NCBI GenBank assembly: GCA_016871445.1 | Contig: VHDH01000008.1 | Location: 1,801 to 65,800 of the forward strand | DNA length: 64,000 bases | From: Verrucomicrobiota bacterium | GTDB lineage: Bacteria > Verrucomicrobiota > Verrucomicrobiia > Limisphaerales > SXTU01 | Direction: 5' to 3' | In this document: piece by piece, positions 16,838 through 26,392 of the stretch | How positions within the stretch are numbered: position 1 is the stretch's first letter | Layout: every line of letters starts with the position of its first letter | The notes under the pieces: generated by a model | Databases searched by the model: none | Told to the model about the DNA's origin: nothing | Seen by the model: only the letters and a program-made list of their open reading frames with translations | Made by a program: the position numbers and the translations under genes

Positions 16838-18451
16838 ATGCCTGGCCTCATTGCCATTGTCGGCCGCCCCAATGTTGGCAAATCCGCGCTCTTTAACCGC
16901 ATCGTTGGAAAGCGCATCGCCATTGTGCACGACATGCCCGGAGTCACGCGTGACCGCGTGACTGCCGAGGCTGAATGGCGTGGCCGAAGCTTCACGCTTG
17001 TGGATACCGGCGGCATCGGCCTCGTGCGCGGCGAGAAAGTCGCGGATGTTATCATTAATGCTGCGCTTGACCAGGTGCAGCTCGCTATTGCGGCAGCGGA
17101 CTGCATCATTCTAGTTGTTAATGTGCAGGAGGGCGTTGTTCCGCTGGACCGTGAAGTTGCTCAGCGGCTGCACCAGTCCGGCAAGCCCGTGCTGGTGGCG
17201 GTCAACAAGGTGGACAACCACAAGTCAGAAGCGGGCGTGACCGAATTCGCGGAGCTAGGCTTTAACCGGTTATTTCCCGTAACAGCAATTCATGGACGGG
17301 GCATCGAAGATCTGATGAACCGTGCGAAGGCACATTTGCCGGAGGAAGCTGAGACCAAAGCTGAGAGTGCGCGGGAGGATGAAGATGAATCTAGGGTGGC
17401 TACAGGCGAACCTACGCCATCTGCTGCTCGCAGTCAGTCACCCACAAAGCTCGCCGTCGTTGGCCGGCCCAATGTCGGTAAGTCCTCCATCATTAATGCG
17501 CTCACGAACTCCGAGCGTGTCGTGGTCAGCCCGATCCCCGGCACCACGCGCGACGCGGTGGATGTTCCGTTTGAAGTCGAGACCGACGGTGTGCGGCAGC
17601 AGTATGTGTTGATTGACACCGCTGGCTTGCGCAAGGCCCGCCGAGTGGACGATACCGTCGAGTATTTCAGTGCGCAGCGTACGGCAGAAGCCATAGAGCG
17701 CGCGGACATCGTGGTGCTGGTAATTGACGCGGAGAACGGCGTGGTTGAGCAGGATAAGAAAATCGCTGACCAGATTATCGAGGCGCGCCGTGCGTGCATT
17801 GTGGTCATCAACAAGTGGGATCTCGTGGAGCCCTCCGTGCGCACAGCTCGGGAGCAGGAGTTGGAGCGGCGTAAACGCGAGGGCAAGCATCACCGCGAGG
17901 GTCAGGCGCGGGGGCCGCTGACCACGCTCGCCGAGTTTGGCCAGTGGGTGCAGGAAAAGCTCTTCTTCCTCGACTACGCGCCAGTGATTTTTACCTCCGC
18001 CACGTCAGGCTTCCAACTCGACCGCCTGCTGGAGGCTGTCCGCTATGTCGCCGCCCAGTTAGGTCAGCAGGTGCCCACGGCCATCCTAAACCGCACACTA
18101 AACGACGCGATCCAACGTCGCCAGCCGATCAGCGCGGTGGGGCACTTCCTCAAGTTTTTCTACGCCACGCAGGTTCGGCAGGCCCCGCCGACGTTTCTGC
18201 TATTTGTTAATCGCGACGAACTACTTTCGCCGCAATACGCCAAGTATCTCTCCGGTGAGATGCGCAAAGCTTTTGGTTACGAGGGTTGCCCTATCGTGCT
18301 GGTGGCGAAGGCTCGACCCAAGACCGTCGAGCCGGTGCGTAAATTCAAGCTGCGGTCCAGCGGCCCGCCAATGAGGACAAAGTTTAAGCGTGGCGGCCCG
18401 CCCAAGGAGCGCCGCTCTGGCAAGGCCCGCGCCGCCCGCCGGCTGCGGTGA
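16838..18451 (+). CDS. der: ribosome-biogenesis GTPase Der (EngA)
   Basis: There are two G domains (GRPNVGKSALFNR and GRPNVGKSSIINAL) plus a KH-like C-terminus. It also has an acidic linker and a basic C-terminal tail. Confidence 0.92.
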   Translation: MPGLIAIVGRPNVGKSALFNRIVGKRIAIVHDMPGVTRDRVTAEAEWRGRSFTLVDTGGIGLVRGEKVADVIINAALDQVQLAIAAADCIILVVNVQEGVVPLDREVAQRLHQSGKPVLVAVNKVDNHKSEAGVTEFAELGFNRLFPVTAIHGRGIEDLMNRAKAHLPEEAETKAESAREDEDESRVATGEPTPSAARSQSPTKLAVVGRPNVGKSSIINALTNSERVVVSPIPGTTRDAVDVPFEVETDGVRQQYVLIDTAGLRKARRVDDTVEYFSAQRTAEAIERADIVVLVIDAENGVVEQDKKIADQIIEARRACIVVINKWDLVEPSVRTAREQELERRKREGKHHREGQARGPLTTLAEFGQWVQEKLFFLDYAPVIFTSATSGFQLDRLLEAVRYVAAQLGQQVPTAILNRTLNDAIQRRQPISAVGHFLKFFYATQVRQAPPTFLLFVNRDELLSPQYAKYLSGEMRKAFGYEGCPIVLVAKARPKTVEPVRKFKLRSSGPPMRTKFKRGGPPKERRSGKARAARRLR

Positions 18452-18513
18452 GCGCCCGCCTCGCATGTCGGCTTGCGCCAGCCGGGCGGGCTAGATATTT
18501 ACCCCACGTGACA

Positions 18514-19518
18514 ATGCTAATCACCTGCCTGACCAGACTCCTTGGCTTCGCCGTTCTTGTTGCGTTGCTGCCGCGTGCCTCAGCCGCCGCGCCGAAGTTT
18601 CAGGAAGTTTTTGATTTGGTTCGCACCAACCTCGGTGGCCTTACGCCCGCGCAGGTTGAGGCAGATACTCTTCAAGCACTGCAAAAGCAGTTCGATGGCC
18701 GCGTGCTGATTGATGCGCCGGCTCGACCTGCCGCCATCAAGCCTGAGGGGCCGCCTTTGGAAAAGACCGCCGTGCTTGATGGCGCGTTTGGTTACGTGCG
18801 CGTAAGCCACATCGCGCCAAAGCTCGATGAGGCCCTGACTGCCGAGCTATCTAAGCTCGGCGGCTCCGCAAAGCTCAAGGGCCTGCTGATTGATCTCCGC
18901 TTCGCCGCGGGCACGGACCAGCGGGCCGCCGCGCGCGTCGCTGACCGCTTTCTTGCCACCGAGCGCGTGCTGCTCACCGTGGACGGCGAGGCACTACGCG
19001 CGACGACTAAGACAAACGCGATCCAGTTACCCACGGCCGTATTGGTGAACCGCCATACTAGCGGCGCGGCTGAGGTGCTCGCGGCGCTGTTGCGACAGAA
19101 CCAAGTTGGCCTGCTCATTGGCACAGCTACCACCGGTGGCATCCGGCAGTTCAAGGAATTCACCCTCAGCACCGGCCAGCGGCTGCGCATCGCCACCGGA
19201 GAGACGAAGTTTGGTGACGGTCAGTCGCTTCCTGCTAGCGGCTTGCGGCCCGACATAGCTGTGACGGTCGGCGCCGAGGAGGAACGCGCTTTTTACGCTG
19301 AGCCATATCGCTTGTTTGGCCGGACAGCGGCGACTAACGCGCCCGGGCGCATCAACGAGGCTGAGTTAGTCCGCCGGTTCAACGCCGGAGAAAACCCCGA
19401 CCCAAATCTTAGCGCGGTCGCTCCCGCTTTTTCCGCCCCACAGGTGCGCGACCCTGCTCTGGCCCGGGCGCTCGATTTGCTTAAGGGCCTCGCAATTGTC
19501 CGGGCTACCAAGCCGTGA
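18514..19518 (+). CDS. S41 (C-terminal processing peptidase)-like protein, possibly non-catalytic
   Basis: LKGLLIDLRFAAG and VLVNRHTSGAAEVLAALL...LIGTATTGGIRQF align to S41 core motifs. The signal peptide MLITCLTRLLGFAVLVALLPRASA starts at the ATG at 18514. Confidence 0.6.
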   Translation: MLITCLTRLLGFAVLVALLPRASAAAPKFQEVFDLVRTNLGGLTPAQVEADTLQALQKQFDGRVLIDAPARPAAIKPEGPPLEKTAVLDGAFGYVRVSHIAPKLDEALTAELSKLGGSAKLKGLLIDLRFAAGTDQRAAARVADRFLATERVLLTVDGEALRATTKTNAIQLPTAVLVNRHTSGAAEVLAALLRQNQVGLLIGTATTGGIRQFKEFTLSTGQRLRIATGETKFGDGQSLPASGLRPDIAVTVGAEEERAFYAEPYRLFGRTAATNAPGRINEAELVRRFNAGENPDPNLSAVAPAFSAPQVRDPALARALDLLKGLAIVRATKP

Positions 19519-19548
19519 GCAATGCTGAGGCTGCCGGCGTCAGCTGGT

Positions 19549-21282
19549 TCAGCTGGTGGTCTGGGCTCCCGCATGTCGGCGCTGGCGTTTCGGGGCGTTG
19601 ACGCCGGGTTTGGATTGGATTGCGCTGATTGGTGCGTCGACGAAGGGCTGCAGGAAAGCCGGGCGCTCGCGGCGACCGGCGGCGGCGAAATCGGCAAGCA
19701 GTTTGCGGGCGACCGTTTTGGGTGCGTGGCCGAGGACTTCCGTGAGGTATGTGAACAGCGCCTCCGCAAGCCGTTCCAGCGCGATGCCGTGGCGTTTACC
19801 AAACCGCGCGTATAGCCAGTCGCTAAAAGCAAGGAAGCGCGCAAAGGGTGAAGCGGGGGCAGCCCACGGCAGGCGGCGCACGTCTAAGTTCGCGCTTTGC
19901 ACTTCATCCTGCGCATGGGCTAAGACCTCCTCAGGTTGGCTGCTACTTGCGGAGTGCCACAGCAGCGCGGTGCTGATCTTAAAGTTACCTGAGTTCGCCG
20001 TAAGGTCCCAGTAGCGCGCGAAACGCCGCAAGCGCTGTACCGTGGGGAAATCCAGGTCGCGATTAGCCAGCAGCTCGTAGGGTGGATGCGCGCCGTAGCG
20101 CATTTGAAATTCCTGATCGTGTCTTACGATGGGCGTTCCGCGCAGGCGCTTAAGAATGCCTACTTGTATTTCCTGCGGCCCCAATGCCACGAGCTGGTCG
20201 AAGCCCGTCGCAAAGCTCGTCAGGCTCTCGCCGGGCAGGCCCACGATCAAATCCGCGTGGACGTGAACGCCCGTATGCGCCTGTAGCCAGGTCAGATTGT
20301 CCATCAGTCGCGTCACGTTCTGCCGGCGCGTAATGTTTTGCGACGTGGCTTCATTAAACGTCTGGATGCCAACCTCGAATTGCAGCGAACCCGCTGGGAA
20401 TTGCGCGATCACCTCACGCAGCTGCTCTGGCAGCCGGTCCGGCACCATCTCAAAGTGGACGAACAGGCCGGGTCGCATCCGCGCGAGGAAAAACTTTAGG
20501 ACGGCGCGGCTCACCAGCAGGTTCAGGTTGAACGTCCGGTCCACGAACTTGAACTGCGTTGCCCCGCGCGCCAGTAGCCGCTCCATCGCAGCGAGAAACG
20601 GCGCCAGGGGAAACTGCCGCACTGGGATGTCCAGCGATGAGAGGCAAAACTCGCAGGTGAATGGGCACCCGCGGGACACCTCCACGTAAATGACGCGGTG
20701 CGCGAGGTCGGCATCTGAATAAAAGTCGTAGGGTAGTGCGACGTCTTCAAGTTTTGGCAGTTCGGCAGGGATAATTTTCGGTAGCCCGTGCAAATGCCCT
20801 CCTGCTCTTAAACATAAATCCGGCCCAGCTTTCTCGCCGTTGGTGGAATGAGAAAGGGGGGTATGATGAGCATCAAGAACCGGAGCATTTAGCCGTTTGC
20901 GGCAGACCTCCGCAAATTTCAAGTCTGCTTCGCCTGTGATGACGTGGTCCGCCAGCCGCACCACTTCTTGTTCTTCCCATTCATAGCTCACCTCCGGCCC
21001 GCCCAGAATCACGATGACCTCCGGCGCAATTCGTTTAAGCGCTGCCACGACTTCCGTGGTCTCGCGAACGTTCCAAATGTAAATGCCTAGCCCCACGATG
21101 CGCGGCCGGCGCGCGAGAATGGCTTCTACGACGTCTAACGGGCGTTGCTGGATCTCGAACTCGAGCAACGCTGTACGGGACTGGAGTTCGCCCAAGTTTG
21201 CCAGCAGGCAGCGTAGCCCAAACGCGCAGTGAATGAACTTCGCGTTGAGCGTCGCTAGCACGATGTCGGCGGACGTTAGCAC
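19549..21282 (-). CDS. B12-binding-domain radical SAM protein (DUF4080-type C-terminus likely)
   Basis: The N-terminus [18 protein letters not shown]...VGLGIYIWN...ILGGPEVS fits a B12-binding domain. The radical SAM cluster motif is [12 protein letters not shown]. The start codon is GTG. Confidence 0.85.
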   Translation of the reverse strand: MLTSADIVLATLNAKFIHCAFGLRCLLANLGELQSRTALLEFEIQQRPLDVVEAILARRPRIVGLGIYIWNVRETTEVVAALKRIAPEVIVILGGPEVSYEWEEQEVVRLADHVITGEADLKFAEVCRKRLNAPVLDAHHTPLSHSTNGEKAGPDLCLRAGGHLHGLPKIIPAELPKLEDVALPYDFYSDADLAHRVIYVEVSRGCPFTCEFCLSSLDIPVRQFPLAPFLAAMERLLARGATQFKFVDRTFNLNLLVSRAVLKFFLARMRPGLFVHFEMVPDRLPEQLREVIAQFPAGSLQFEVGIQTFNEATSQNITRRQNVTRLMDNLTWLQAHTGVHVHADLIVGLPGESLTSFATGFDQLVALGPQEIQVGILKRLRGTPIVRHDQEFQMRYGAHPPYELLANRDLDFPTVQRLRRFARYWDLTANSGNFKISTALLWHSASSSQPEEVLAHAQDEVQSANLDVRRLPWAAPASPFARFLAFSDWLYARFGKRHGIALERLAEALFTYLTEVLGHAPKTVARKLLADFAAAGRRERPAFLQPFVDAPISAIQSKPGVNAPKRQRRHAGAQTTS

Positions 21283-21472
21283 GGCATGAGAATAACCTCT
21301 CTAGAGTAGCAGAAGCGAGCGCCGGCGCAGCCAAGCTCCAAACCAGTTAGAGTTATGCCCCAACCAGGCTGGAAATTTTGGCGATTATTGACTGTTTGCC
21401 AGGTTCTCCGAAGCTGCCCCCCGTGTGGCGCTAACTTCAATTTACAATCGGAAATCTCCAATCTTGAAGTAA

Positions 21473-21527
21473 GCCCAAATCGGAAAGGAAAATTGAATTA
21501 CACCATAATGATGAAATCGATTTGGGC
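21473..21527. other. 10-bp inverted repeat with an AT-rich 35-nt loop
   Basis: gcccaaatcg (21473-21482) pairs with cgatttgggc (21518-21527). It lies in the AT-rich spacer between the methyltransferase stop and the radical SAM start. Confidence 0.3.
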
Positions 21528-21593
21528 AGCACCTTGGTCCGTTGGGGTAATGCAGATTTTGGTAAAGCGGAATTTTTACCGCGGACCTGGGAT

Positions 21594-22163
21594 TTATCGC
21601 TGCCACCAAAACATTCGCTCTAAGTTGGTGCGGTTGGGATAAGAGCGGGGCGTCCATTCCTCGATCAGCCGAAAGTGTGGTGAAAAACGCACCCAGATTT
21701 CCTCGCGATTCACGCCGAATGGTGGGCCGTCTGAGTCGGGAATAAAATAGTTGACCGCGAGATAGTGTCCCCCTGGCCGCAGCCAGCGCAGTACGGCACG
21801 CACGTAGTCCGTCCGCCGGGCTGGCTGAATGGCGCAGAAGCAGGTGTGCTCAAAGATGTAGTCAAACTTAGCGAACGGCTCGTCCACGAGAAAGTCGCCG
21901 AGCCGAAAGTCAACTCGCTCAAAGAAACCTGCCGACTTCGCCCGTTTCACCGCACTTGGCGCGATGTCCAGTCCCGTCGCGGTGAAGCCCGCCGCCGCCC
22001 ACGCCCGCACGTCGTGGCCCAATCCGCAACCCGGCACCAGCACATCGCCGCAGGGCACGGCGGGATGCCTTGCCAGCCAGTCCACCAGTCCGGGCGATGG
22101 CTCGCCTTTGTCCCAAGGCGTCTCGTTGCGTTGATAGTGCGCCTCCCAGTCGGTGTTGCTCAT
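21594..22163 (-). CDS. TPMT-family SAM-dependent methyltransferase
   Basis: Motifs include WEAHYQRNETPWDKGEPSP and VLVPGCGLGHDVRAWAAAGFTATGLDIAPSAV. I prefer the ATG at 22163 (MSNTDW). Confidence 0.8.
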   Translation of the reverse strand: MSNTDWEAHYQRNETPWDKGEPSPGLVDWLARHPAVPCGDVLVPGCGLGHDVRAWAAAGFTATGLDIAPSAVKRAKSAGFFERVDFRLGDFLVDEPFAKFDYIFEHTCFCAIQPARRTDYVRAVLRWLRPGGHYLAVNYFIPDSDGPPFGVNREEIWVRFSPHFRLIEEWTPRSYPNRTNLERMFWWQR

Positions 22164-22212
22164 TGCTTGGCTGCTTCCGCCGCGCGCGTCCTCGCACGCA
22201 TTTTGCCGGTAA

Positions 22213-22977
22213 TCAAACTGGCCGCCGCGCAACCACGAACGCGCACAGTATCCCGTAGCGCAACGGCGTGAGGTTTAGCAGCCAGTCCAGCGGGGGAAAT
22301 ACGTAGCGATCCGTGCAGAGATCCTTTTCCACCACACAGCCAAGCCGCTGCAATTGAAAACCCATCTCCAGCGCGTTGGTCATAATGATGGCGTCGTCGT
22401 CCGGCTCGAACGGCGTCTTCACTACTGGGGCCACACGCTCGAATCGAACTTGCTCCGGCGCTTCTCGCATTTGTCGTCGCTTTGCGAGAAGCCGCAGTAA
22501 ATTGCGCCACTTGTTCCCTATCCCCCGCATCCGATAGTGGTAATCGCGCGTGCCAAACACGCGTAAAAAATTCGGACTTGAGACGACCACCTTGCCGCCC
22601 GGCTCGGTTACACGCACCAATTCGGCAAGGAACGCCTCTGCTTCGTCTACATGTTCCAGCACGTTCAGCGCGCCAACACAGGTGAAGTGTTTTTCGGGGA
22701 ACGGTAATCGCTTCCCCTCGTAGAGCTGGCACCGATCGCAGAACTCCCGCGCTCGTGCGATATTCGGTGCTGATACGTCCACGCCGTAAGCCTCCACGCC
22801 GTCGCGGGTCAGTGCGCCCACCACCTGTCCAACGCCGCAGCCTACGTCCAGCACGCGCCCACCCGCACGCTGGGGCCGTAGTGCATCGGTGTATTTGCCG
22901 TAAAACGCCGGATCCCAGCCCGTCAGAAACTCTGCGTAAGCCTCGTTGTTCTGGTAAAACGAATCGTGCTGCGCCAT
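22213..22977 (-). CDS. class I SAM-dependent methyltransferase
   Basis: Motif I is RVLDVGCGVGQVV. Other matches are FTCVGALNVLEHV and LVRVTEPGGKVVVSSPN. Confidence 0.85.
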   Translation of the reverse strand: MAQHDSFYQNNEAYAEFLTGWDPAFYGKYTDALRPQRAGGRVLDVGCGVGQVVGALTRDGVEAYGVDVSAPNIARAREFCDRCQLYEGKRLPFPEKHFTCVGALNVLEHVDEAEAFLAELVRVTEPGGKVVVSSPNFLRVFGTRDYHYRMRGIGNKWRNLLRLLAKRRQMREAPEQVRFERVAPVVKTPFEPDDDAIIMTNALEMGFQLQRLGCVVEKDLCTDRYVFPPLDWLLNLTPLRYGILCAFVVARRPV

Positions 22978-23066
22978 GCCGCCCGACTATCCGGGCGGCA
23001 TGGGGCCGGCGGCAAGGGCAAGTTGAGGCTTCAAGTCCGGCGGGCTTCCGCCTTCAATCCCCGTGC

Positions 23067-24362
23067 ATGAAGATCTTGGTCATCGGCTCGGGTGGCCGCG
23101 AACACGCCCTCGTCTGGAAACTCGCGCAGTCCTCGCTTGTCACTCGGATGTGGTGCGCCCCTGGCAATGCGGGCGTCGGCGAGGAGCGCCTCGTGAAGAA
23201 CGGGGCGCTAGTCGAGTGCGTCGCGGTCAGCGCGGAGGATCTGCCGGCGTTGCTTGCTCTCGCACACCGGGAGCGACCGGATTTTACCGTTGTTGGCCCG
23301 GACAACCCGCTCGCGGGAGGAGTGGTGGATTTATTTCAGGCAAACGGTTTCAAGATTTGGGGGCCCAATAAGCAGGCCGCGCAATTCGAGGCTAGCAAAG
23401 CCTTCTCGCAGGACTTTATGCAGCGTCACGGCATCCCCACTGCGCAGTCCGGCACTTTCATCGAGCCGACGGGAGCGAAGCAGTTCTGCGCCAGCCTCGG
23501 GGGCCGCTGTGTGGTAAAGGCGGACGGACTCGCGCTGGGCAAAGGCGTGCTTATTTGTACCACGCTTGCGCAAGCCGAAGCCGCCGTAGACGAAATCATG
23601 GTCAGCAAAGCCTTTGGCTCCGCTGGCCAGTGTGTGGTCATTCAGGAGTTGCTCGAAGGCATAGAGATTTCCCTGCACGCGCTTTGCGATGGCAAGGTCG
23701 CGAAACTTTTTCCCACGTCGCAGGACCACAAGCGTGCACTTGACGGCGACATCGGCCTCAACACTGGTGGCATGGGCACCTACTCGCCCGCGCCGTTTCT
23801 GAGCGACGCCGAGTTAACGTCCGTGGGCGACGCCATTCTTCAGCCTTGGCTGCGCGGCTGCGTGGCAGACGGCATTGATTTCCGCGGCTTGCTTTACCCG
23901 GGCGTGATGCTCACCAAGTCCGGCCCCAAAGTGCTAGAGTTCAACGCCCGTTTCGGCGACCCCGAGACGCAGGTTTATCTCACGCGCTTGCAGAACGATC
24001 TCGTCGAACTCCTCCTTGCCAGTTCGGAAGGTCGCCTCGTGAACCATCAACTCCGGTGGAGTGAAAATGCCAGCGTCTGCGTCGTGATGGCTAGCGGTGG
24101 TTACCCTGGTAGTTACCCGAAGGGAAAAGTGATCAGTGGCTTACTTGAGGCCAACGCATTACCCAATACTAAGGTTTTTCACGCCGGTACCATATCTAAG
24201 GATGGCCAGACCGTAACCAACGGTGGGCGCGTCCTCGGCGTTACCGCTTGGGCGAAAGACCTCACTAACGCACGCAACGCCGCCTATGAAGCCGTTGAAA
24301 AAATCCACTTCGATGGCACACATTTCCGTCGGGACATAGCAAAGAAGGGTTTGCAGCGGTAG
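23067..24362 (+). CDS. purD: phosphoribosylamine--glycine ligase
   Basis: The N-terminus is MKILVIGSGGREHALVWKLAQS. Also present are VVKADGLALGKGV and EFNARFGDPETQ. The track ORF start at 22755 is an artefactual upstream extension. Confidence 0.93.
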   Translation: MKILVIGSGGREHALVWKLAQSSLVTRMWCAPGNAGVGEERLVKNGALVECVAVSAEDLPALLALAHRERPDFTVVGPDNPLAGGVVDLFQANGFKIWGPNKQAAQFEASKAFSQDFMQRHGIPTAQSGTFIEPTGAKQFCASLGGRCVVKADGLALGKGVLICTTLAQAEAAVDEIMVSKAFGSAGQCVVIQELLEGIEISLHALCDGKVAKLFPTSQDHKRALDGDIGLNTGGMGTYSPAPFLSDAELTSVGDAILQPWLRGCVADGIDFRGLLYPGVMLTKSGPKVLEFNARFGDPETQVYLTRLQNDLVELLLASSEGRLVNHQLRWSENASVCVVMASGGYPGSYPKGKVISGLLEANALPNTKVFHAGTISKDGQTVTNGGRVLGVTAWAKDLTNARNAAYEAVEKIHFDGTHFRRDIAKKGLQR

Positions 24363-24429
24363 GGAAGTCAATGACTTCAGGAGTTGCGCTGCGACGTTTC
24401 GATTTTCTGCCCCGCTGAGCAGCGCGGGC

Positions 24430-25506
24430 CTACTTTGCCGGCACTTGCGGCCGGGGCACGCTACGTAATCGCTCGCGAAGCATGTCCGCGCGGAGAATAT
24501 CGCGCTCCTCGGCGTCGAGCTTTTCCGTGTGTTGCTTTTGCAGGTGCGCGGGCTGGGTGAGCAGAAAAAGTTCGTCTGTCAGCGCGCGCGTGAGCTGCGG
24601 TAGGAGGCCCAACTCACCGCCCAATCTTAGGAGCGAAAGCAGGTTCATGGTCTCTTTCGAGGTAATGGTGTGGGCGTTGGCGAGAATACCGTAAGCGCGG
24701 CCGATGTGGTTAAAAACGATCTTTGACTTCTGTTCCAGCAGCAACTGCCGGGCGTTCTGCTCCTCCTCGATGATCTGGTGGAGCGCTTTGCCGATACGCT
24801 CGATGATCTGCGCCTCCGATTCACCGAGGGTCATCTGATTGGAGACCTGGAAGACGTTGCCCAGCGCCTCGGTGCCTTCGCCGTAAAGGCCGCGCACAGC
24901 AAAGCCCAGCTTGTTTGCCGCATTGATGATACGGGTGATGTCTTCGGCCAAGACGAGGCCGGGCAGGTGTAGCATGGCGCTGATGCGGATGCCGGTGCCG
25001 AGGTTTGTTGGGCAAGCAGTGAGGTAGCCAAGTTCGGGCGAGTACGCAAAGTCCAGCTTGGCCTCGAGCGCCGAGTCAACGGCGTCAATTGCTTGCCAGC
25101 AGGCCTTGATTTGGAAGCCGGGCCGGAGCGCCTGCATGCGCAGGTGATCTTCCTCGTTGATCATTACGCACAAGCTCTCTTCTTGGTTGATTACCAGGCC
25201 GCTGCCCGCGCCCTTGGCCGCGTGTTCGCGGCTGATGAGGTGGCGTTCGACAAGGATTTGACGGTCCAGCGCCGGCAGTTCGTCCATCGCCGCGGAAAAG
25301 TGTGGGGCCATCTGCGGCAGGCTTTGCACGGCAGGTTGGAGGGTTTCCAGCACGCGTAGGCGGTCGGGCTTCTTTGCCCATGACGGGAAAGGCTGCTGAC
25401 ATAGATTGCGCGCGAGCCGAACGCGGCTGGACATGACTATGTCGTCCTGCGGCCCGGTGCGCTGGCAAGCGACGGCCGGCGGGGCAAGGAACTCGTGAAT
25501 GTTCAT
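24430..25506 (-). CDS. mcsB: protein arginine kinase (ATP:guanido phosphotransferase)
   Basis: Motifs include SSRVRLARNL, NEEDHLRMQ, LGYLTACPTNLGTGIRISAMLHLPGL and RGLYGEG. Confidence 0.88.
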   Translation of the reverse strand: MNIHEFLAPPAVACQRTGPQDDIVMSSRVRLARNLCQQPFPSWAKKPDRLRVLETLQPAVQSLPQMAPHFSAAMDELPALDRQILVERHLISREHAAKGAGSGLVINQEESLCVMINEEDHLRMQALRPGFQIKACWQAIDAVDSALEAKLDFAYSPELGYLTACPTNLGTGIRISAMLHLPGLVLAEDITRIINAANKLGFAVRGLYGEGTEALGNVFQVSNQMTLGESEAQIIERIGKALHQIIEEEQNARQLLLEQKSKIVFNHIGRAYGILANAHTITSKETMNLLSLLRLGGELGLLPQLTRALTDELFLLTQPAHLQKQHTEKLDAEERDILRADMLRERLRSVPRPQVPAK

Positions 25507-25595
25507 TAAAAGGTTAGGTCGGGCGATTGGGGTTTATCAACCCTCGGGGACCAGTGAAAAAATCACAAACGCCAGATTCAAATCGCAACACCAAG

Positions 25596-26087
25596 TTATT
25601 TCATCCGCTTGATTTCGTCGCGCAACTGCGCTGCTTCCTCGAAGTTTTCTTCAGCCACGGCCTTGTCCAACCGCTTCTGCAGCTGCTTGATCTTTTGTGC
25701 TTCAGCGCGGGATTGCTGGAGCGCGGCGGGCACTTTGCCGGTGTGCTTGATGCCTTTATGCATTGTCTTAAGCATGGGCTCCAAGCCCTCGCCAAACGTT
25801 GTATAGCAATCGGAGCAGCCGAAGCGCCCGGCCTTCTTGAAGTCTGCCTGCGTGTAGCCGCAGGTTGGACACTTCACGCTGGCTTCGGCCGGCTCAGCCT
25901 CAGTCAGCTCGGCGACCTCCTCTGCGACCTTGCCTAGAAGCACATCGGTCAGGGAGAAGTTTGTGGGATCGTCCACACCCTTTTCCTTCGAGCAATCTTC
26001 GCACAGGTCCACCTTTTGCATTTTATCCCCGACTATCTTGGTCAAGTGGACCTTAGCTTCGTTCTGTTTGCAGACGTTGCAGAGCAT
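25596..26087 (-). CDS. mcsA: McsA-like activator (zinc-ribbon repeats plus UvrB/UvrC motif)
   Basis: Zinc-ribbon motifs are MLCNVCKQNEA...DLCEDC and CPTCGYT...FGCSDCY. The C-terminal UVR motif is VAEENFEEAAQLRDEI. Confidence 0.8.
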   Translation of the reverse strand: MLCNVCKQNEAKVHLTKIVGDKMQKVDLCEDCSKEKGVDDPTNFSLTDVLLGKVAEEVAELTEAEPAEASVKCPTCGYTQADFKKAGRFGCSDCYTTFGEGLEPMLKTMHKGIKHTGKVPAALQQSRAEAQKIKQLQKRLDKAVAEENFEEAAQLRDEIKRMK

Positions 26088-26392
26088 GGCAGAGAAAAAA
26101 TACTAGTGGATACGAGTTAACCCCAGTGGGAGAAGCGACGCGCGGCCCCGGCTCGCCTGGGCGTGACAAAACAGTCGATGCAGAATTTGGCTTATCACTG
26201 AAATGATCGCCAGTTCGAATACTCGTTGGTGAACCAGTCTGATACAGCTTGTGAAGTACGCTGAGTGGCTGTGCGCTTTCGGTCGCTTTCCACAAACACC
26301 CTCGCCTAATACGAATTTAGTTTCACCAAACGTAAATTCGCAGCGGGAACCAAGCGTGCTCATGCAGGTCAACTGGTTGTGACAATTCTATT

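Noticed and set aside
21398-21409. A B12-box-like string (GGAGAACCTGGC on the minus strand) upstream of the B12-binding radical SAM gene, considered as a cobalamin riboswitch.
   Set aside because: I could not find the other conserved riboswitch core elements at proper spacing. The match is short and imperfect.
21276-21461. A 61-aa minus-strand ORF ending just inside the radical SAM gene start, considered as a RiPP precursor peptide.
   Set aside because: It has a TTG start and A/T-rich third codon positions, unlike the genome's coding pattern. It has no leader/core-like features and lies in the AT-rich spacer.
22755-23066. The upstream 104 codons of the track ORF containing purD.
   Set aside because: They overlap the divergent methyltransferase gene and are Arg/Pro-rich. 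The canonical PurD N-terminus MKILVIGSGGREHA starts at 23067.
22978-23066. A ZTP/pfl-type riboswitch upstream of purD, considered because of GC-rich CCGGGCGG / CCGCC strings.
   Set aside because: The region is only 89 nt and is shared with a divergent gene start. It lacks the GGGUCGUGAC-type core.
26088-26392. A CtsR box or CIRCE operator upstream of mcsA.
   Set aside because: No GGTCAAA-type direct repeat and no TTAGCACTC-N9-GAGTGCTAA palindrome was found by eye. Only a weak GGTCAAC..GTTGTGAC string is present near 26366.
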